Shown here in pieces: positions 19,008 to 28,461 of a DNA stretch of 64,000 nt. The stretch spans positions 96,001 through 160,000 of the forward strand of contig CAVRJY010000004.1 in assembly GCA_963721805.1 (NCBI GenBank), given 5' to 3'. Below the pieces are notes generated by a model. The model worked only from the letters and a program-made list of their open reading frames with translations. It did not search any database and was not told the origin of the DNA. Position 1 is the stretch's first letter. Every line of letters starts with the position of its first letter. The stretch is from Nitrospirota bacterium (lineage in GTDB: Bacteria > Nitrospirota > Thermodesulfovibrionia > Thermodesulfovibrionales > JdFR-86). The position numbers were made by a program, and so were the translations under genes.

Positions 19008-20579
19008 TCAATGCCCGCCCGCAGGGGGGCCGCCGGATTCAGGCGCGCTGCGCTCCATGAAGAAGACCAGCCCGAGCACCCCCACCATCATCACCGAGAG
19101 CATCAGGAACGTCTCGTTGTACGCAAGCAGCGAAGACTGCCTGAAAAGCTCGTTCTGTATCACCACGTCCGGCGGCAGGTAGTTCTGCCCCTTCAGGGCG
19201 AGCCCGGCCGCAAGCTTCGCCTTCGCCGCGGCATAGTTCGGGTCAAACGGGCTTAGGTGCGAGACGAGGTTCACCTGGTTGGCTTGCGTGCGGCGCGAGA
19301 CCATCGTCGTGACGAACGCTATCCCGACGCTCCCTCCGAGGTTACGGAGCAGGTTGTATATCGCCGAGGCCTGCCCCATCATCTCCTTGCGGATATGCGA
19401 GAGCGTGAGCGTCGTAAGCGGTATGAACGTAAAGCCCATCCCTATGCCGAGCGTCACGCGCGGCCAGACGAAGTGCCAGAAGTCGGTCTGTGCGTTGAAC
19501 TTCGACATCATGTACGTCGTGAGCCCGCAGATCACTATCCCCACGGCGAGCACGGCCTTGGGGTTCGTGCGGCTAATCAGTATACCGACTATCGGCATGA
19601 CTATCAGCGTGGCGATTCCGCCGGGGCCCAGCACCATCCCGGCGTCGTAGGCCGAATACCCCATCAGGGTCTGCAGGAAAATTGGTAAGACGATAATGCT
19701 CCCGAACAGGTTGAAGAACACGAAGAACATCACCGCGCAGCCGTTGCCGAACGTGCGGTCCCGAAACAGTTTGAGGTTCACAACCGGCTGCTCGGTGTAC
19801 ATCTCGTTTATGATCAGAAACCCCAGCGAGACGAACGAGACAATGGCGAACGTTACGATCAGCGGAGAGGCGAACCAGTCCTCGCGCTGGCCCTTGTCCA
19901 GGATGAACTGCAGCGAGCCGAGCCCCGCGGCCAGCAGCACGAGCCCCAGGTAGTCGATCTTCATCTTTATCCGCTTCATGTACGAGGGGTCCTGTATGAC
20001 CAGATAGTTCATCACTATCGAGAGGATGCCAATCGGTATGTTGATATAGAATATCCACCGCCACGACCAGTTGTCCGTGATCCAGCCGCCGAGTATCGGG
20101 CCGGTGATCGGGCCGAACATCGCCCCTACGCCGAAGATCGCCATGGCCACGCCGTGCTCGGCCGGCGGAAAGGCCTCCAGCAGGATCGCCTGGCTGATCG
20201 GGACGAGCCCGCCGCCGCCCAGGCCCTGCAGGATGCGGAAGAAGATCAGGCTCTGGAGGTTCCAGGCCGAGCCGCACATGAACGAACTTACGGTAAATAG
20301 CGAGATCGAGCCGATCTGGTATGCCTTGCGCCCGAACAGGCGGCTCAGCCACCCGGACATCGGGATGACTATCGCGTTGCTGACGAGGTAGGCGCTTATC
20401 GTCCAGGTGGCCTCGTCTATCCCGGCAGAGAGCGAGCCGCGGATGTGGTCCAGAGAGACGTTGACTATCGAGGTGTCTATAATCTCGATCAGGGTGGGCA
20501 GCATGACGACGAAGGCGACCAGCCACTTGTTCACCCCGGCCATCGGCCGCTCGTGCACCTCTGCGCTGCGCGCGGACAT
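19008..20579 (-). CDS. emrB: DHA2-family MFS efflux permease (EmrB/QacA-like)
   Basis: DTSIVNVSL, WLSRLFGRK, RILQGLGGG, WRWIFYINIPIG. Confidence 0.92.
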   Translation of the reverse strand: MSARSAEVHERPMAGVNKWLVAFVVMLPTLIEIIDTSIVNVSLDHIRGSLSAGIDEATWTISAYLVSNAIVIPMSGWLSRLFGRKAYQIGSISLFTVSSFMCGSAWNLQSLIFFRILQGLGGGGLVPISQAILLEAFPPAEHGVAMAIFGVGAMFGPITGPILGGWITDNWSWRWIFYINIPIGILSIVMNYLVIQDPSYMKRIKMKIDYLGLVLLAAGLGSLQFILDKGQREDWFASPLIVTFAIVSFVSLGFLIINEMYTEQPVVNLKLFRDRTFGNGCAVMFFVFFNLFGSIIVLPIFLQTLMGYSAYDAGMVLGPGGIATLIVMPIVGILISRTNPKAVLAVGIVICGLTTYMMSKFNAQTDFWHFVWPRVTLGIGMGFTFIPLTTLTLSHIRKEMMGQASAIYNLLRNLGGSVGIAFVTTMVSRRTQANQVNLVSHLSPFDPNYAAAKAKLAAGLALKGQNYLPPDVVIQNELFRQSSLLAYNETFLMLSVMMVGVLGLVFFMERSAPESGGPPAGGH

Positions 20580-20587
20580 GGGCGTCC

Positions 20588-21712
20588 CTACTTAGCCTCG
20601 GTCAGGATCGTCGGCACAGCGGACATCCCCACGCGGAGCAGCGACATCACTGCCGGCAGGTCGTCAAACACGATCTTCACCGGCACGCGCTGGACGACCT
20701 TCACGTAGTTGCCGCTCGCGTTCTCCGGCGGAAACAGCGTGAACGCCGAGCCCGTACCCGACATGATGCTCTCGACATGGCCCTTGAAGGTCCTGTCCGG
20801 GTATGCGTCAAGCTTTATGTCGGCCGCCATGCCGGGGCGGATCGAGTGCAGCTCGGTCTCTTTGTAGTTGGCAAGGACGTATGCGTCCCCCAGAGAGACG
20901 ACGCTCAGCAGGGGCTGGCCGGGCTGGACGTGGTTGCCGACCTCGACGGCCTTTCTCGTGACGAAGCCCTCCGAGGGCGCGAGGACGCGCGTGTACGAAA
21001 GTTGCAGCCGCTCCTGCTCGGCCTGGGCCGCGCGTTTGAGGACTATCTGGCGCTGGCTCCCGATCGAGGCCTCGCTTTCCTTAAGCAGGGCCTCCTCCGA
21101 TCTGAGCGCCGCGTGCGACTGCGCGACGATGTCAGCGGCCGCATCGAGCGCGGCCTGCGCGGTATCGAACGCGGTCCGGGCCCGCTCGAGCCTCTCGGTC
21201 GAGATGACTTTCTTGTCATAGAGGCTCTGGGCGCGCTTGAGGTCAAGGCCGGCCTGGAGCTTCTGGGCCTCGCGCGCCTTGCGGTCGGCCTCGCGCGCCC
21301 CTGTCACGGCCTTCGCCGCGGCTATCGAGGTGCGCCTGACGGCGACGGCGGCGTTTAGTTCGCCGACGCGCTCTTGCTCGGCGGCAACCGAGGCCTCGGC
21401 GTCAGCCACGCGCGTGCGGTAGATGTCAGGGTCTATCTCAACGAGCACATCGCCTTCTTTGACGTGCTGGTCGTCGGTGACGTCCACCGCGTTGACCACG
21501 CCCGAGACCCTCGGGGCGACGGTATGCACCGTGCCCGCCACGAACGCGTCGTCGGACGAGATGTGGGTGCGCGTGTATCCGAGGTAGAAGTATCCGGCCA
21601 CGAGGCCGATGACGACGACCGTGCCGAAGATGAGAAACCCCATGCGCTTCTTGCGCGCGTTGCCGTTTACGGCGGCCGGCGGCTGCCCGGGCGAGTCTTG
21701 TTCATCGCTCAT
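20588..21712 (-). CDS. emrA: HlyD/EmrA-family periplasmic adaptor
   Basis: SDDAFV, ANYKET, FTLFPPENASGNYVKVVQRVPVKI. Confidence 0.92.
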   Translation of the reverse strand: MSDEQDSPGQPPAAVNGNARKKRMGFLIFGTVVVIGLVAGYFYLGYTRTHISSDDAFVAGTVHTVAPRVSGVVNAVDVTDDQHVKEGDVLVEIDPDIYRTRVADAEASVAAEQERVGELNAAVAVRRTSIAAAKAVTGAREADRKAREAQKLQAGLDLKRAQSLYDKKVISTERLERARTAFDTAQAALDAAADIVAQSHAALRSEEALLKESEASIGSQRQIVLKRAAQAEQERLQLSYTRVLAPSEGFVTRKAVEVGNHVQPGQPLLSVVSLGDAYVLANYKETELHSIRPGMAADIKLDAYPDRTFKGHVESIMSGTGSAFTLFPPENASGNYVKVVQRVPVKIVFDDLPAVMSLLRVGMSAVPTILTEAK

Positions 21713-23052
21713 TTTATCTCTCCCTTGATCGCACCCTCGGGTGATGGTGGCGGCGCGGCCTGCGCGTATGCGGTATAGAGCGGTACGCCTGCGGCGTACA
21801 GGTATAGCGCCTCGGCGGAGCTCAGTGCGCTCTGGGCGTCATAGCGGCTGAGCTCGGCCCTCGAGAGCGCGGCCACCGCGTCGAGCACCCCGGTGGAGTT
21901 CTCATCGCCCTCCTCGTACCTTACGCGCTCTATGCGCAGGGCCTCGGTGGCCTGCTCCACGGCGTGCTCCGCGACCGGGACGCGCTCGCGCGCTGTCTGA
22001 AGCGTTAGAAGGGCGTTTTGCACCTCGAGCGTCGCCATCTGCACCGACTTGTCATACTCGGCCCGCATCGACTGAAGCTCGGCCCTGGCCCCCCGCACCG
22101 CGGCTACCGTAGCGCCGCCGGAGAATATATCCATCGTCGCCCCGGCGTACAGCGACCAGTTGCCCGGATGCACGACGTAGGGGTTTTCGGTATACGCATA
22201 GCCGCCCTGCACGAAGAACGTAGGCAGGAAATCGGCCCACTTGGAGCGTATCTCGGCCTCCTTGGCCTCGATGCGTATCCTCTGCGCCTTGAGGTCCGGC
22301 TTGTTCGCGAGCGCCGCGGCCACGGCGTCCTCATACGAAGGAAGCGGCGGGTGCGGCATCGAGGGGTCCTCGACCTTCACCGGCTCGGTCACCGGCAGCA
22401 GGAGCATCGCGTCGATGGCGGCCGAGCGCCGCACGACCTCGTCGTTCGTCTCTATCAGCCGGAGCGAGGCCTCGTCGCGGGCGACCCCGGCCTGCAGCAC
22501 GTCGTTGCGCGTGACCGCGCCGGCATCGAACTGCGCCTGCGCGTCGCCCAGGTGGGCCTCGACGCTTCGCTTGACCTCCTCGGCCACGGCCACGGCGTGG
22601 CCTGCGTCGATCAGCCCGATGTAGCCGAGTATGAAGTCGCGCGCCGAGGAGTTCGCGGTCTTAAGCGTCGTGGCCTTCTGGGCCTCGGCCGAGAGCTTCG
22701 CGGACTTCCAGGCCGACGCAGCCTTCCCGAAGTCGAACACGGTCTGCCGGGCCTGTATGCCGTATGCCCTGAACTCATCGTCAGACTGCGGTATGGTCAT
22801 CCCGAGCGCCTTGGCCTCGGGCTTGTACTGAAGCCAGGTCTTGCCCGTATAGGCCTGCACCTGGGGCAGGAGCGGCGCGAGCGCGCCCTGAGAGGCGGCA
22901 TTCGCGATGCCCTCCTGCGCCAAGGCTATCCGCGAGTCGTAGCCCTTCTCAACCACGGTCTCCAGCCCATCTTTGAGCGTCAGGGCATAGGCCGGGGTCA
23001 ATGCGGTCAGCATGGCTGCAAGCGCCAGAAGCGCCGTCAAAGGCCGGATCAT
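21709..23052 (-). CDS. TolC-family outer membrane efflux protein
   Basis: Signal peptide; two OEP repeats (LLPQV / FLPTF; FDFG / IFSGG; RYEEG); operon position. Confidence 0.88.
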   Translation of the reverse strand: MIRPLTALLALAAMLTALTPAYALTLKDGLETVVEKGYDSRIALAQEGIANAASQGALAPLLPQVQAYTGKTWLQYKPEAKALGMTIPQSDDEFRAYGIQARQTVFDFGKAASAWKSAKLSAEAQKATTLKTANSSARDFILGYIGLIDAGHAVAVAEEVKRSVEAHLGDAQAQFDAGAVTRNDVLQAGVARDEASLRLIETNDEVVRRSAAIDAMLLLPVTEPVKVEDPSMPHPPLPSYEDAVAAALANKPDLKAQRIRIEAKEAEIRSKWADFLPTFFVQGGYAYTENPYVVHPGNWSLYAGATMDIFSGGATVAAVRGARAELQSMRAEYDKSVQMATLEVQNALLTLQTARERVPVAEHAVEQATEALRIERVRYEEGDENSTGVLDAVAALSRAELSRYDAQSALSSAEALYLYAAGVPLYTAYAQAAPPPSPEGAIKGEIK

Positions 23053-23735
23053 GAGTTTCCCTTCCTGTTGAGCATCCCGTTTAAATAGATATCCACGCAC
23101 TGTTCGGCCCAGCGCCTGAGCGCGTTGCGGCCCATCTCGCGGCCGAACATGACCTCCTCGGTCAGGAAGACCGAGAATATGAGCTTGCTGAAAACCTGCG
23201 CCGCGTCCTCAGGGTTCATCTCCCTGAGCTCCCCGGTCTCCTGCCGCTGCCTGATGAACCCGGCGAGCACCGCGACGATCTCGTCAACCAGGCGGCTGTG
23301 CGCGGCGCGGACCTTCTCGGGGTATGTCGTGACCTCCGAGACTAAGATGCGGATGAAGGACTTCCGCTCCCTGAGGCCCTCGAGGTAGTGCGTGCAGATG
23401 CTTATCATGGCCTCGCGGACCGGCATGTCCCCGATGGCCTCGATCTGTTCCCTGAGCCTCCCAAGCGGGCTCCGGTGCTTGAGCGTCTCCTCAAAAAGCC
23501 GCTCCTTGCTGCCGAAGAGGCGGAATACGGTCGGCTCCGAGACGTCCGCGCGGTGCGCGATCTCTCGGGTCGAGGCGCCGAGGTAGCCGCGCTCGGCCAC
23601 GAGCGCGAGCATGGCCTCGAGGATGCGCTCGCGGGTGTGCTGCGGGTTGCCGATCCTGTGCGGCCGCACCGCCTTCGGCGCACCCGGCGCCGCCTTGATA
23701 TGCGCGCCATGCGCGCCAGTTGCCTTAACCGCCAT
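23049..23735 (-). CDS. TetR/AcrR family regulator
   Basis: TRERIL..GYLGASTREIAHRADVSEPTVFRLFGSKE HTH; ATG at 23735 after GGAGG. Confidence 0.92.
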   Translation of the reverse strand: MAVKATGAHGAHIKAAPGAPKAVRPHRIGNPQHTRERILEAMLALVAERGYLGASTREIAHRADVSEPTVFRLFGSKERLFEETLKHRSPLGRLREQIEAIGDMPVREAMISICTHYLEGLRERKSFIRILVSEVTTYPEKVRAAHSRLVDEIVAVLAGFIRQRQETGELREMNPEDAAQVFSKLIFSVFLTEEVMFGREMGRNALRRWAEQCVDIYLNGMLNRKGNS

Positions 23736-23851
23736 GTCCCGGTCCACCTCCAGCGTTAGCGAATGTGTGTAAGTGCTTGCATAACAAAATATCATTTGCA
23801 GCAAGATGCTGTCAAGCGGGCTGGGGAGTTAAGGCGAGCGAAAGGCGCTTT

Positions 23852-23973
23852 GGGGCCGGTTGGCCCCCTCTTCTTGGAAAGAGGTGCCCGTGGCACCCCG
23901 ATGGTGTACCTGGGCGCACATAGAGGGCGAGTTTTCGAAGTCCAACGCAGCATCAAGCGATTAGGAGCGCTTT
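23852..23973 (-). repeat. Dispersed rod-like repeat, copy C (3' arm missing; same hairpin doublet as copy A)
   Basis: Reverse complement: AAAGCGCTCCTAATCGCTTGATGCTGCGTT...CTCGCCCTCTATGTGC..GTACACCATCGGGGTGCCACGGGCACC...GGGGCCAACCGGCCCC. Confidence 0.88.
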
Positions 23974-23983
23974 GAAGAGAGGC

Positions 23984-25717
23984 TCAGGTAAGTTTAACTT
24001 TCTTCTGTTTCTCGGCGAGCGAGATGATCTCGGCAACAGTGGTCGCATCCTCCGGGCTCTTGTCCCGTCTGATGAACCCTACCGCGCGGGGGAACCTGAG
24101 CGCATAGCCGGTGCCGGTCTCGTCGCGGCCGGCCGTATGCGAGGGCGAGCGCGTGATCTCATCCGCGGTTACGGTGATGACGAAGCGCGGCGTGAGCCAG
24201 GCGTCCGGGGTCATCTCTGAATCGACTCGCGCGTGGCGGTGCGGTATGCGGGCCTCGTCCAAAAGAGGCTTCAGCTCCATGAACTCCTCGTCCGTAAACC
24301 CGCTGCCGACCTTAGATACGGTCTTGAAGGTGTCGCTCTCGGGATCGTATACCGCGCCCAGAAGCGCGCCCAGCCCGAACCGCGCACGCGAGCCCCGCCC
24401 GGCGAAGTACCCGACCACGCAGAGGTCGACCGAGTCCGCGAGCTCGCCGCGGTATGAGCGTTTTAATTTAATCCAGTTAAAATTGCGTGATCCCGCTGCG
24501 TAGGGCGAGTCCGGCCTTTTTACGACCACGCCCTCAAGCCCGACCTCTATCGAGTGCTCGAAGAACCGGTCTATCTCGGCCGGGTCTTCGGTGACAAACA
24601 TCTCCGAGGGCACGATCAGCCCGCCGCCCTTGATAAGCTTAAGCAGCCTCCGGCGGCGCTCCTCATACCCAAACGAGATCAGGTCCTCGCCGTCGTGGTA
24701 CATCAGGTCGAAGGCGAAGAACTTAAGCGGCAGCGTACGGCTCGCCTCGGCCACGCCGTGCTTGCGCTTGCGCTGTATCGTGACCTGAAACGGCATCAGC
24801 TCGCCGGTCGATTCGTTGTGCACGAGGGCCTCGCCCTCGAATATCAGCTGCCGCGCCGGGAGGTTCGAAGCGGCCTCGACCAGCTCAGGGAACATCGCGG
24901 TCATGCGCTCCTGGTTACGCGAGAATATGTCGACCTTCTTACCGTCCTTGTGTATCTGGCAGCGGAATCCGTCGTACTTCGCCTCGACCGCGGCGCGGCC
25001 GATCTTCGCTATGATGTCCGCCGATGTCGGCAGGCGCTCGCACAGCGCGGGGCGGATCGGGTATCCGACGTGCACCTTGAAGGCCCGTATGCCCTCCATG
25101 CCCGACTCCTTAAGCGTGCGCCCGACGAGCCCCAGGTCCGAGCATAGGTTATAGGCGCGCTCCAATTCGGGCTTTAATCCCCGGTCGCCCTCGCCGAGCG
25201 CGAGGGCCTCAATCACGGTGCTGTCGCCCACTCCGAGGCGGAGCTTGCCGGCCACGAACCGCGCTGCGTACCTCGCCTCCTCGGGCGCGCAGGCCCTGAG
25301 CATGCTCGCCAGCAGGTTGAGCTTCTGGTCGACGCTGCCCTTGCCCGAGGTATGCGCTATGGCCATGAGTTCGTCGTACAGCCCGGTGACCGTGAGCGTC
25401 CCGTGGCCGGTGCCGAACTCCTCGGCCACCGCTCCGAGGTCCCCGGTGCGCTTGTACGCCTTCTCTACGCTCGCGGTCGGAGTGCCCGAGGCCTCCGAGA
25501 TCGCGCGGATCAGCAGCTTTTCGGACATCCCGATCTCGATGCCGTGAAACGGGGCCGCAAGCGCGCCCTGCGTGATGTAGATTATGCGGTCGATCTCGGC
25601 CGGGCGCGCGTCCTTAAAAAGTTCGGCGAGTATGTCGAACATCTCAAGCCGCTTGGCCGTGGCCTCGAGGCGCTTGAGGCAGGCGACGAGCTTCGAGAAC
25701 TTCATCGGCCCGGGCAT
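23984..25717 (-). CDS. ATP-dependent DNA ligase (long form with N-terminal DNA-binding domain)
   Basis: Motif I EAKYDGFR, III FEGE, IIIa FAFDL, IV EGVVVK, V WIKLK, VI LRFPR. Confidence 0.93.
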   Translation of the reverse strand: MPGPMKFSKLVACLKRLEATAKRLEMFDILAELFKDARPAEIDRIIYITQGALAAPFHGIEIGMSEKLLIRAISEASGTPTASVEKAYKRTGDLGAVAEEFGTGHGTLTVTGLYDELMAIAHTSGKGSVDQKLNLLASMLRACAPEEARYAARFVAGKLRLGVGDSTVIEALALGEGDRGLKPELERAYNLCSDLGLVGRTLKESGMEGIRAFKVHVGYPIRPALCERLPTSADIIAKIGRAAVEAKYDGFRCQIHKDGKKVDIFSRNQERMTAMFPELVEAASNLPARQLIFEGEALVHNESTGELMPFQVTIQRKRKHGVAEASRTLPLKFFAFDLMYHDGEDLISFGYEERRRRLLKLIKGGGLIVPSEMFVTEDPAEIDRFFEHSIEVGLEGVVVKRPDSPYAAGSRNFNWIKLKRSYRGELADSVDLCVVGYFAGRGSRARFGLGALLGAVYDPESDTFKTVSKVGSGFTDEEFMELKPLLDEARIPHRHARVDSEMTPDAWLTPRFVITVTADEITRSPSHTAGRDETGTGYALRFPRAVGFIRRDKSPEDATTVAEIISLAEKQKKVKLT

Positions 25718-25719
25718 GG

Positions 25720-26190
25720 TTATTTTTTCTTGGCCCTGGGCGGGATCGCGCCCTCGCCAAGCGCGGCCTCTATCTTTAGCCGCATCGCCTTGGCGGCCGC
25801 GGGGCTTGCCCCGCCGGTCGAGATCGCGATAGTGAATGCGCCGCGGCGGATAATGGAGGGGACTATGAAGGTGCAGAGCGAGGGGTCGTCGGCCACGTTT
25901 ACAAGCGCGCAGCGCGAGGCGCGGCTGACCGCGCGGTTGACCTTGCTGTCGTCCGTCGCGGCCAGGACGAGCTCGGCACCTTCGAGGTCGGACGGACGGA
26001 ACTTCCGCCTGACAAGGCTGATGCGGCCTTCGGACAGAGCGGCCTCTAGCGCAGGATTCAAGGCGGGGCTTATGACGGTCACGTCCGCCCCGGCATCGAT
26101 CAGGGAGGCCGCCTTGCGCGCTGCCACGGCGCCGCCTCCGACGACTACGGCGCGCCGGCCGCGCAGATCGAGAAACGCCGGGTAGTACAG
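25720..26190 (-). CDS. Precorrin-2 dehydrogenase/sirohydrochlorin ferrochelatase (CysG N-terminal, SirC/Met8-like)
   Basis: YYPAFLDL, VVGGGAVAARK, VNVADDP..C.F..P, AISTGGASP; homology starts at a CTG codon, start uncertain. Confidence 0.85.
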   Translation of the reverse strand: MYYPAFLDLRGRRAVVVGGGAVAARKAASLIDAGADVTVISPALNPALEAALSEGRISLVRRKFRPSDLEGAELVLAATDDSKVNRAVSRASRCALVNVADDPSLCTFIVPSIIRRGAFTIAISTGGASPAAAKAMRLKIEAALGEGAIPPRAKKK

Positions 26191-26197
26191 CCCCGCG

Positions 26198-27004
26198 TTA
26201 CTTGGGGTTGGCGGCGATGTCTTTGGCCGGCTTTTTGAGGTCAGGGGCGGCGAGTTCTTTGGCCGCGCGGGCCGTATAGGGGCTGTCAGAGTATTTTTCC
26301 TTGAGTACCGCATAGTATTTCTGGGCCGCGTCCGCATGTCCGCCGCGCTTGTCGCAGTAGACGATGTAATATAGCGCCTCGGGCACGTTGGCGTTAGTGG
26401 GGTAGTACTCAAAGACGTTGAGCGAGCGTTCGGTTGCCCCCTTGCACCCCCCGCGGTCGAAGTCATACTTGGCGACCATGAACTCGTGGTCGGCCAGCAG
26501 GTCGCGGCAGCGGGCGATCTTGGTCGCGGTCACGTCGTAGAATGGGTTACGCGGGAAGTTGTCGTTGAGCTTCTTGAACTCCCCGAGCGCGCGCTCGGCG
26601 AGGGCGTATGCCCTGTCGTCGCCCTTTATCTGGTTGAAGTAGATCATCCCGACCTGATACTGGGCGTAGTAGGCATAGCGGTCCGAGGGGTAGACCTCGA
26701 GGAAGCGCCTGTATTCGTCTATGGCCTGCTCCGGCTCGTCGGCCTGGTAGAACGTGTCCGCCACGCGCAGCTGCGCCATGGCCGAGAACTTGCCGGTCGT
26801 GTCCTTGAGCTTCACGGACTGGTATTTCTGGCGCGCGTCGGTCCAGAGCTTCTTGTCATAGAGCGCGTTTGCGGCCGCGAACTCCTGCGCCGCGTCGTAC
26901 TGCACGGCCGGGGGCTTGACCGCCTTGGAGGAGCACGAGGCGAGCGCCGCGATCAGCCCCAGCGCCGCTATAACAGACAGGATTCTGGACAGGGATCGTT
27001 GCAT
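26198..27004 (-). CDS. bamD: Outer membrane protein assembly factor BamD
   Basis: Lipobox LASC; TPR repeats; YRRFLEVYP, LADHEFMVAKY. Confidence 0.88.
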   Translation of the reverse strand: MQRSLSRILSVIAALGLIAALASCSSKAVKPPAVQYDAAQEFAAANALYDKKLWTDARQKYQSVKLKDTTGKFSAMAQLRVADTFYQADEPEQAIDEYRRFLEVYPSDRYAYYAQYQVGMIYFNQIKGDDRAYALAERALGEFKKLNDNFPRNPFYDVTATKIARCRDLLADHEFMVAKYDFDRGGCKGATERSLNVFEYYPTNANVPEALYYIVYCDKRGGHADAAQKYYAVLKEKYSDSPYTARAAKELAAPDLKKPAKDIAANPK

Positions 27005-27044
27005 TTATAATTCTAACAATTCCGCGATGGAAAAGTCTCTTGAG

Positions 27045-27141
27045 GGTGCCACAGGCACCTTTCCCTTTATAAACCCTCGGTGCCACGGGCACCATTCTCT
27101 TTACAAACCTTTGGTGCCAAGGGCGTATTTCCCTTTATAAA
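27045..27141. repeat. Three tandem 34-bp units, each starting with a GGTGCC-N3-GGCACC type hairpin (third degenerate)
   Basis: GGTGCC starts at 27045, 27079 and 27113, each followed by TT(C/T)CCTTTATAAA-like sequence. Confidence 0.85.
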
Positions 27142-28433
27142 TCAACCGCCCAGCCACGACCGAGCATACCGGCCCCGGCCTTCATAGCGCCGAGGAACCT
27201 CGACCTCAGGGCATCGCTCATCAGCGCCCGCTTGACCGGGGTGAGCCTGAGAAACCCTCCCAGTATCCCCCTCAGCGCCTGCTGCGTGATGCTGCCTGGG
27301 TCGTCGAAGAGCTGGTTTTGGAGCGTGCCCCGCTCAAGGCACTGAAGGATGATCCGCTCAAACGTCGTCTCTGGGTGCAGCACCCTCTGGCCGCGCTTGA
27401 TAAGCCTCAGCGCGCCGGTCTTGCAGCCAAGGGCGCATACCCCGCACCCAAGGCAAATCGAGGCGTCTATCCGCGGCCTCTTCTTTGGCTTCGTCCCCTC
27501 CGGCGAGGCGTCCATGGCTATGGCGTTGATCGGGCAGGCCGAGGCGCACCTGCCGCAGCCGTTACAGAGGCCATGGTCGGACTCCGCGATAAAGCTCGAC
27601 GTGACGATCGTGCCCGCGTAGCCGAACTTGCTGATCCCCAAAAGCGGATGGCAGCAGCAGCAGCAATGGCAGATGAAGGACACGTTGCGCTTGACGTTAT
27701 CCGCGTTCAGCACGAGGCCCAGTTCCCTAGACTGGGCGAGGTTCTCCAGCATCTCGGACTTCGAAACCTCGCGGCCGAGCCCGTTTCTTATGAGGTACTC
27801 CGCGGCGTACCCAAACGATGAGCATTTCTCAAGCGGTACGTCGCAGGTCTTCTCCCCGACGTGCAGCTTCTCGTGGCGGCAAGAGCATATGCCTATCGAA
27901 AACTTCTCTGCGCCCTCGACGATCGCCGTGGCCTTCTCGTAGTCGAGCACCTCAACGTAGTCTGCATCGAGGACAGCGGCCTCATGCGGCAGGGCCCTCA
28001 TGATCGAGACCCTGTCGCCGGGCCGCATATTGGCCTCAAAAAAATCCGGCCTGTTGAGGTATTCGTGAAACAGCCCGGCGAGCTTTCCGGAGTCCGCCCC
28101 TGCCCTCATCATCGAAAACTCGTATATCCCGATTATCATAGGCGAGGGGGCGTAATAATACTCCCCGTCTACACAAATATCGATGACGAGTCCCTTGTGG
28201 CAGAGCCGGTCGAGCAGGCGCTTAAGCTCGTCCCCGGCCCTGCCGGTAGCGGCCGCGATCCTCGAGACGCGCGACATGCCGAAGGGCATGCTGACTATGA
28301 GTTCGGCCTCGTCTGAGCCGTACAGTTCGTGCAGGATGGGGTAGAGCTTCTCGTCTTTTGGTATGCGCATCGAAAGGCCGTCGATCTTGCCGGCGAGCTT
28401 CTTATAGACGTCTTTCCCGGCCAGATGGCCCAT
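27135..28433 (-). CDS. 4Fe-4S dicluster domain protein (conserved anaerobe family)
   Basis: CNGCGRCASACP and CLGCGVCALGCK ferredoxin motifs; CSCR; CHCCCCCH. Confidence 0.88.
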   Translation of the reverse strand: MGHLAGKDVYKKLAGKIDGLSMRIPKDEKLYPILHELYGSDEAELIVSMPFGMSRVSRIAAATGRAGDELKRLLDRLCHKGLVIDICVDGEYYYAPSPMIIGIYEFSMMRAGADSGKLAGLFHEYLNRPDFFEANMRPGDRVSIMRALPHEAAVLDADYVEVLDYEKATAIVEGAEKFSIGICSCRHEKLHVGEKTCDVPLEKCSSFGYAAEYLIRNGLGREVSKSEMLENLAQSRELGLVLNADNVKRNVSFICHCCCCCHPLLGISKFGYAGTIVTSSFIAESDHGLCNGCGRCASACPINAIAMDASPEGTKPKKRPRIDASICLGCGVCALGCKTGALRLIKRGQRVLHPETTFERIILQCLERGTLQNQLFDDPGSITQQALRGILGGFLRLTPVKRALMSDALRSRFLGAMKAGAGMLGRGWAVDL

Positions 28434-28461
28434 ACGCTCACCTCCTGAGAGACACGCGGAG

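Noticed and set aside
23766..23781. TetR operator TGTAAG-TG-CTTGCA upstream of tetR
   Set aside because: Plausible position, but a short imperfect palindrome seen only once; not enough support
27045..27141. Possible mini-CRISPR array
   Set aside because: The sequences between hairpins are short and similar to each other, and no cas genes are in the window
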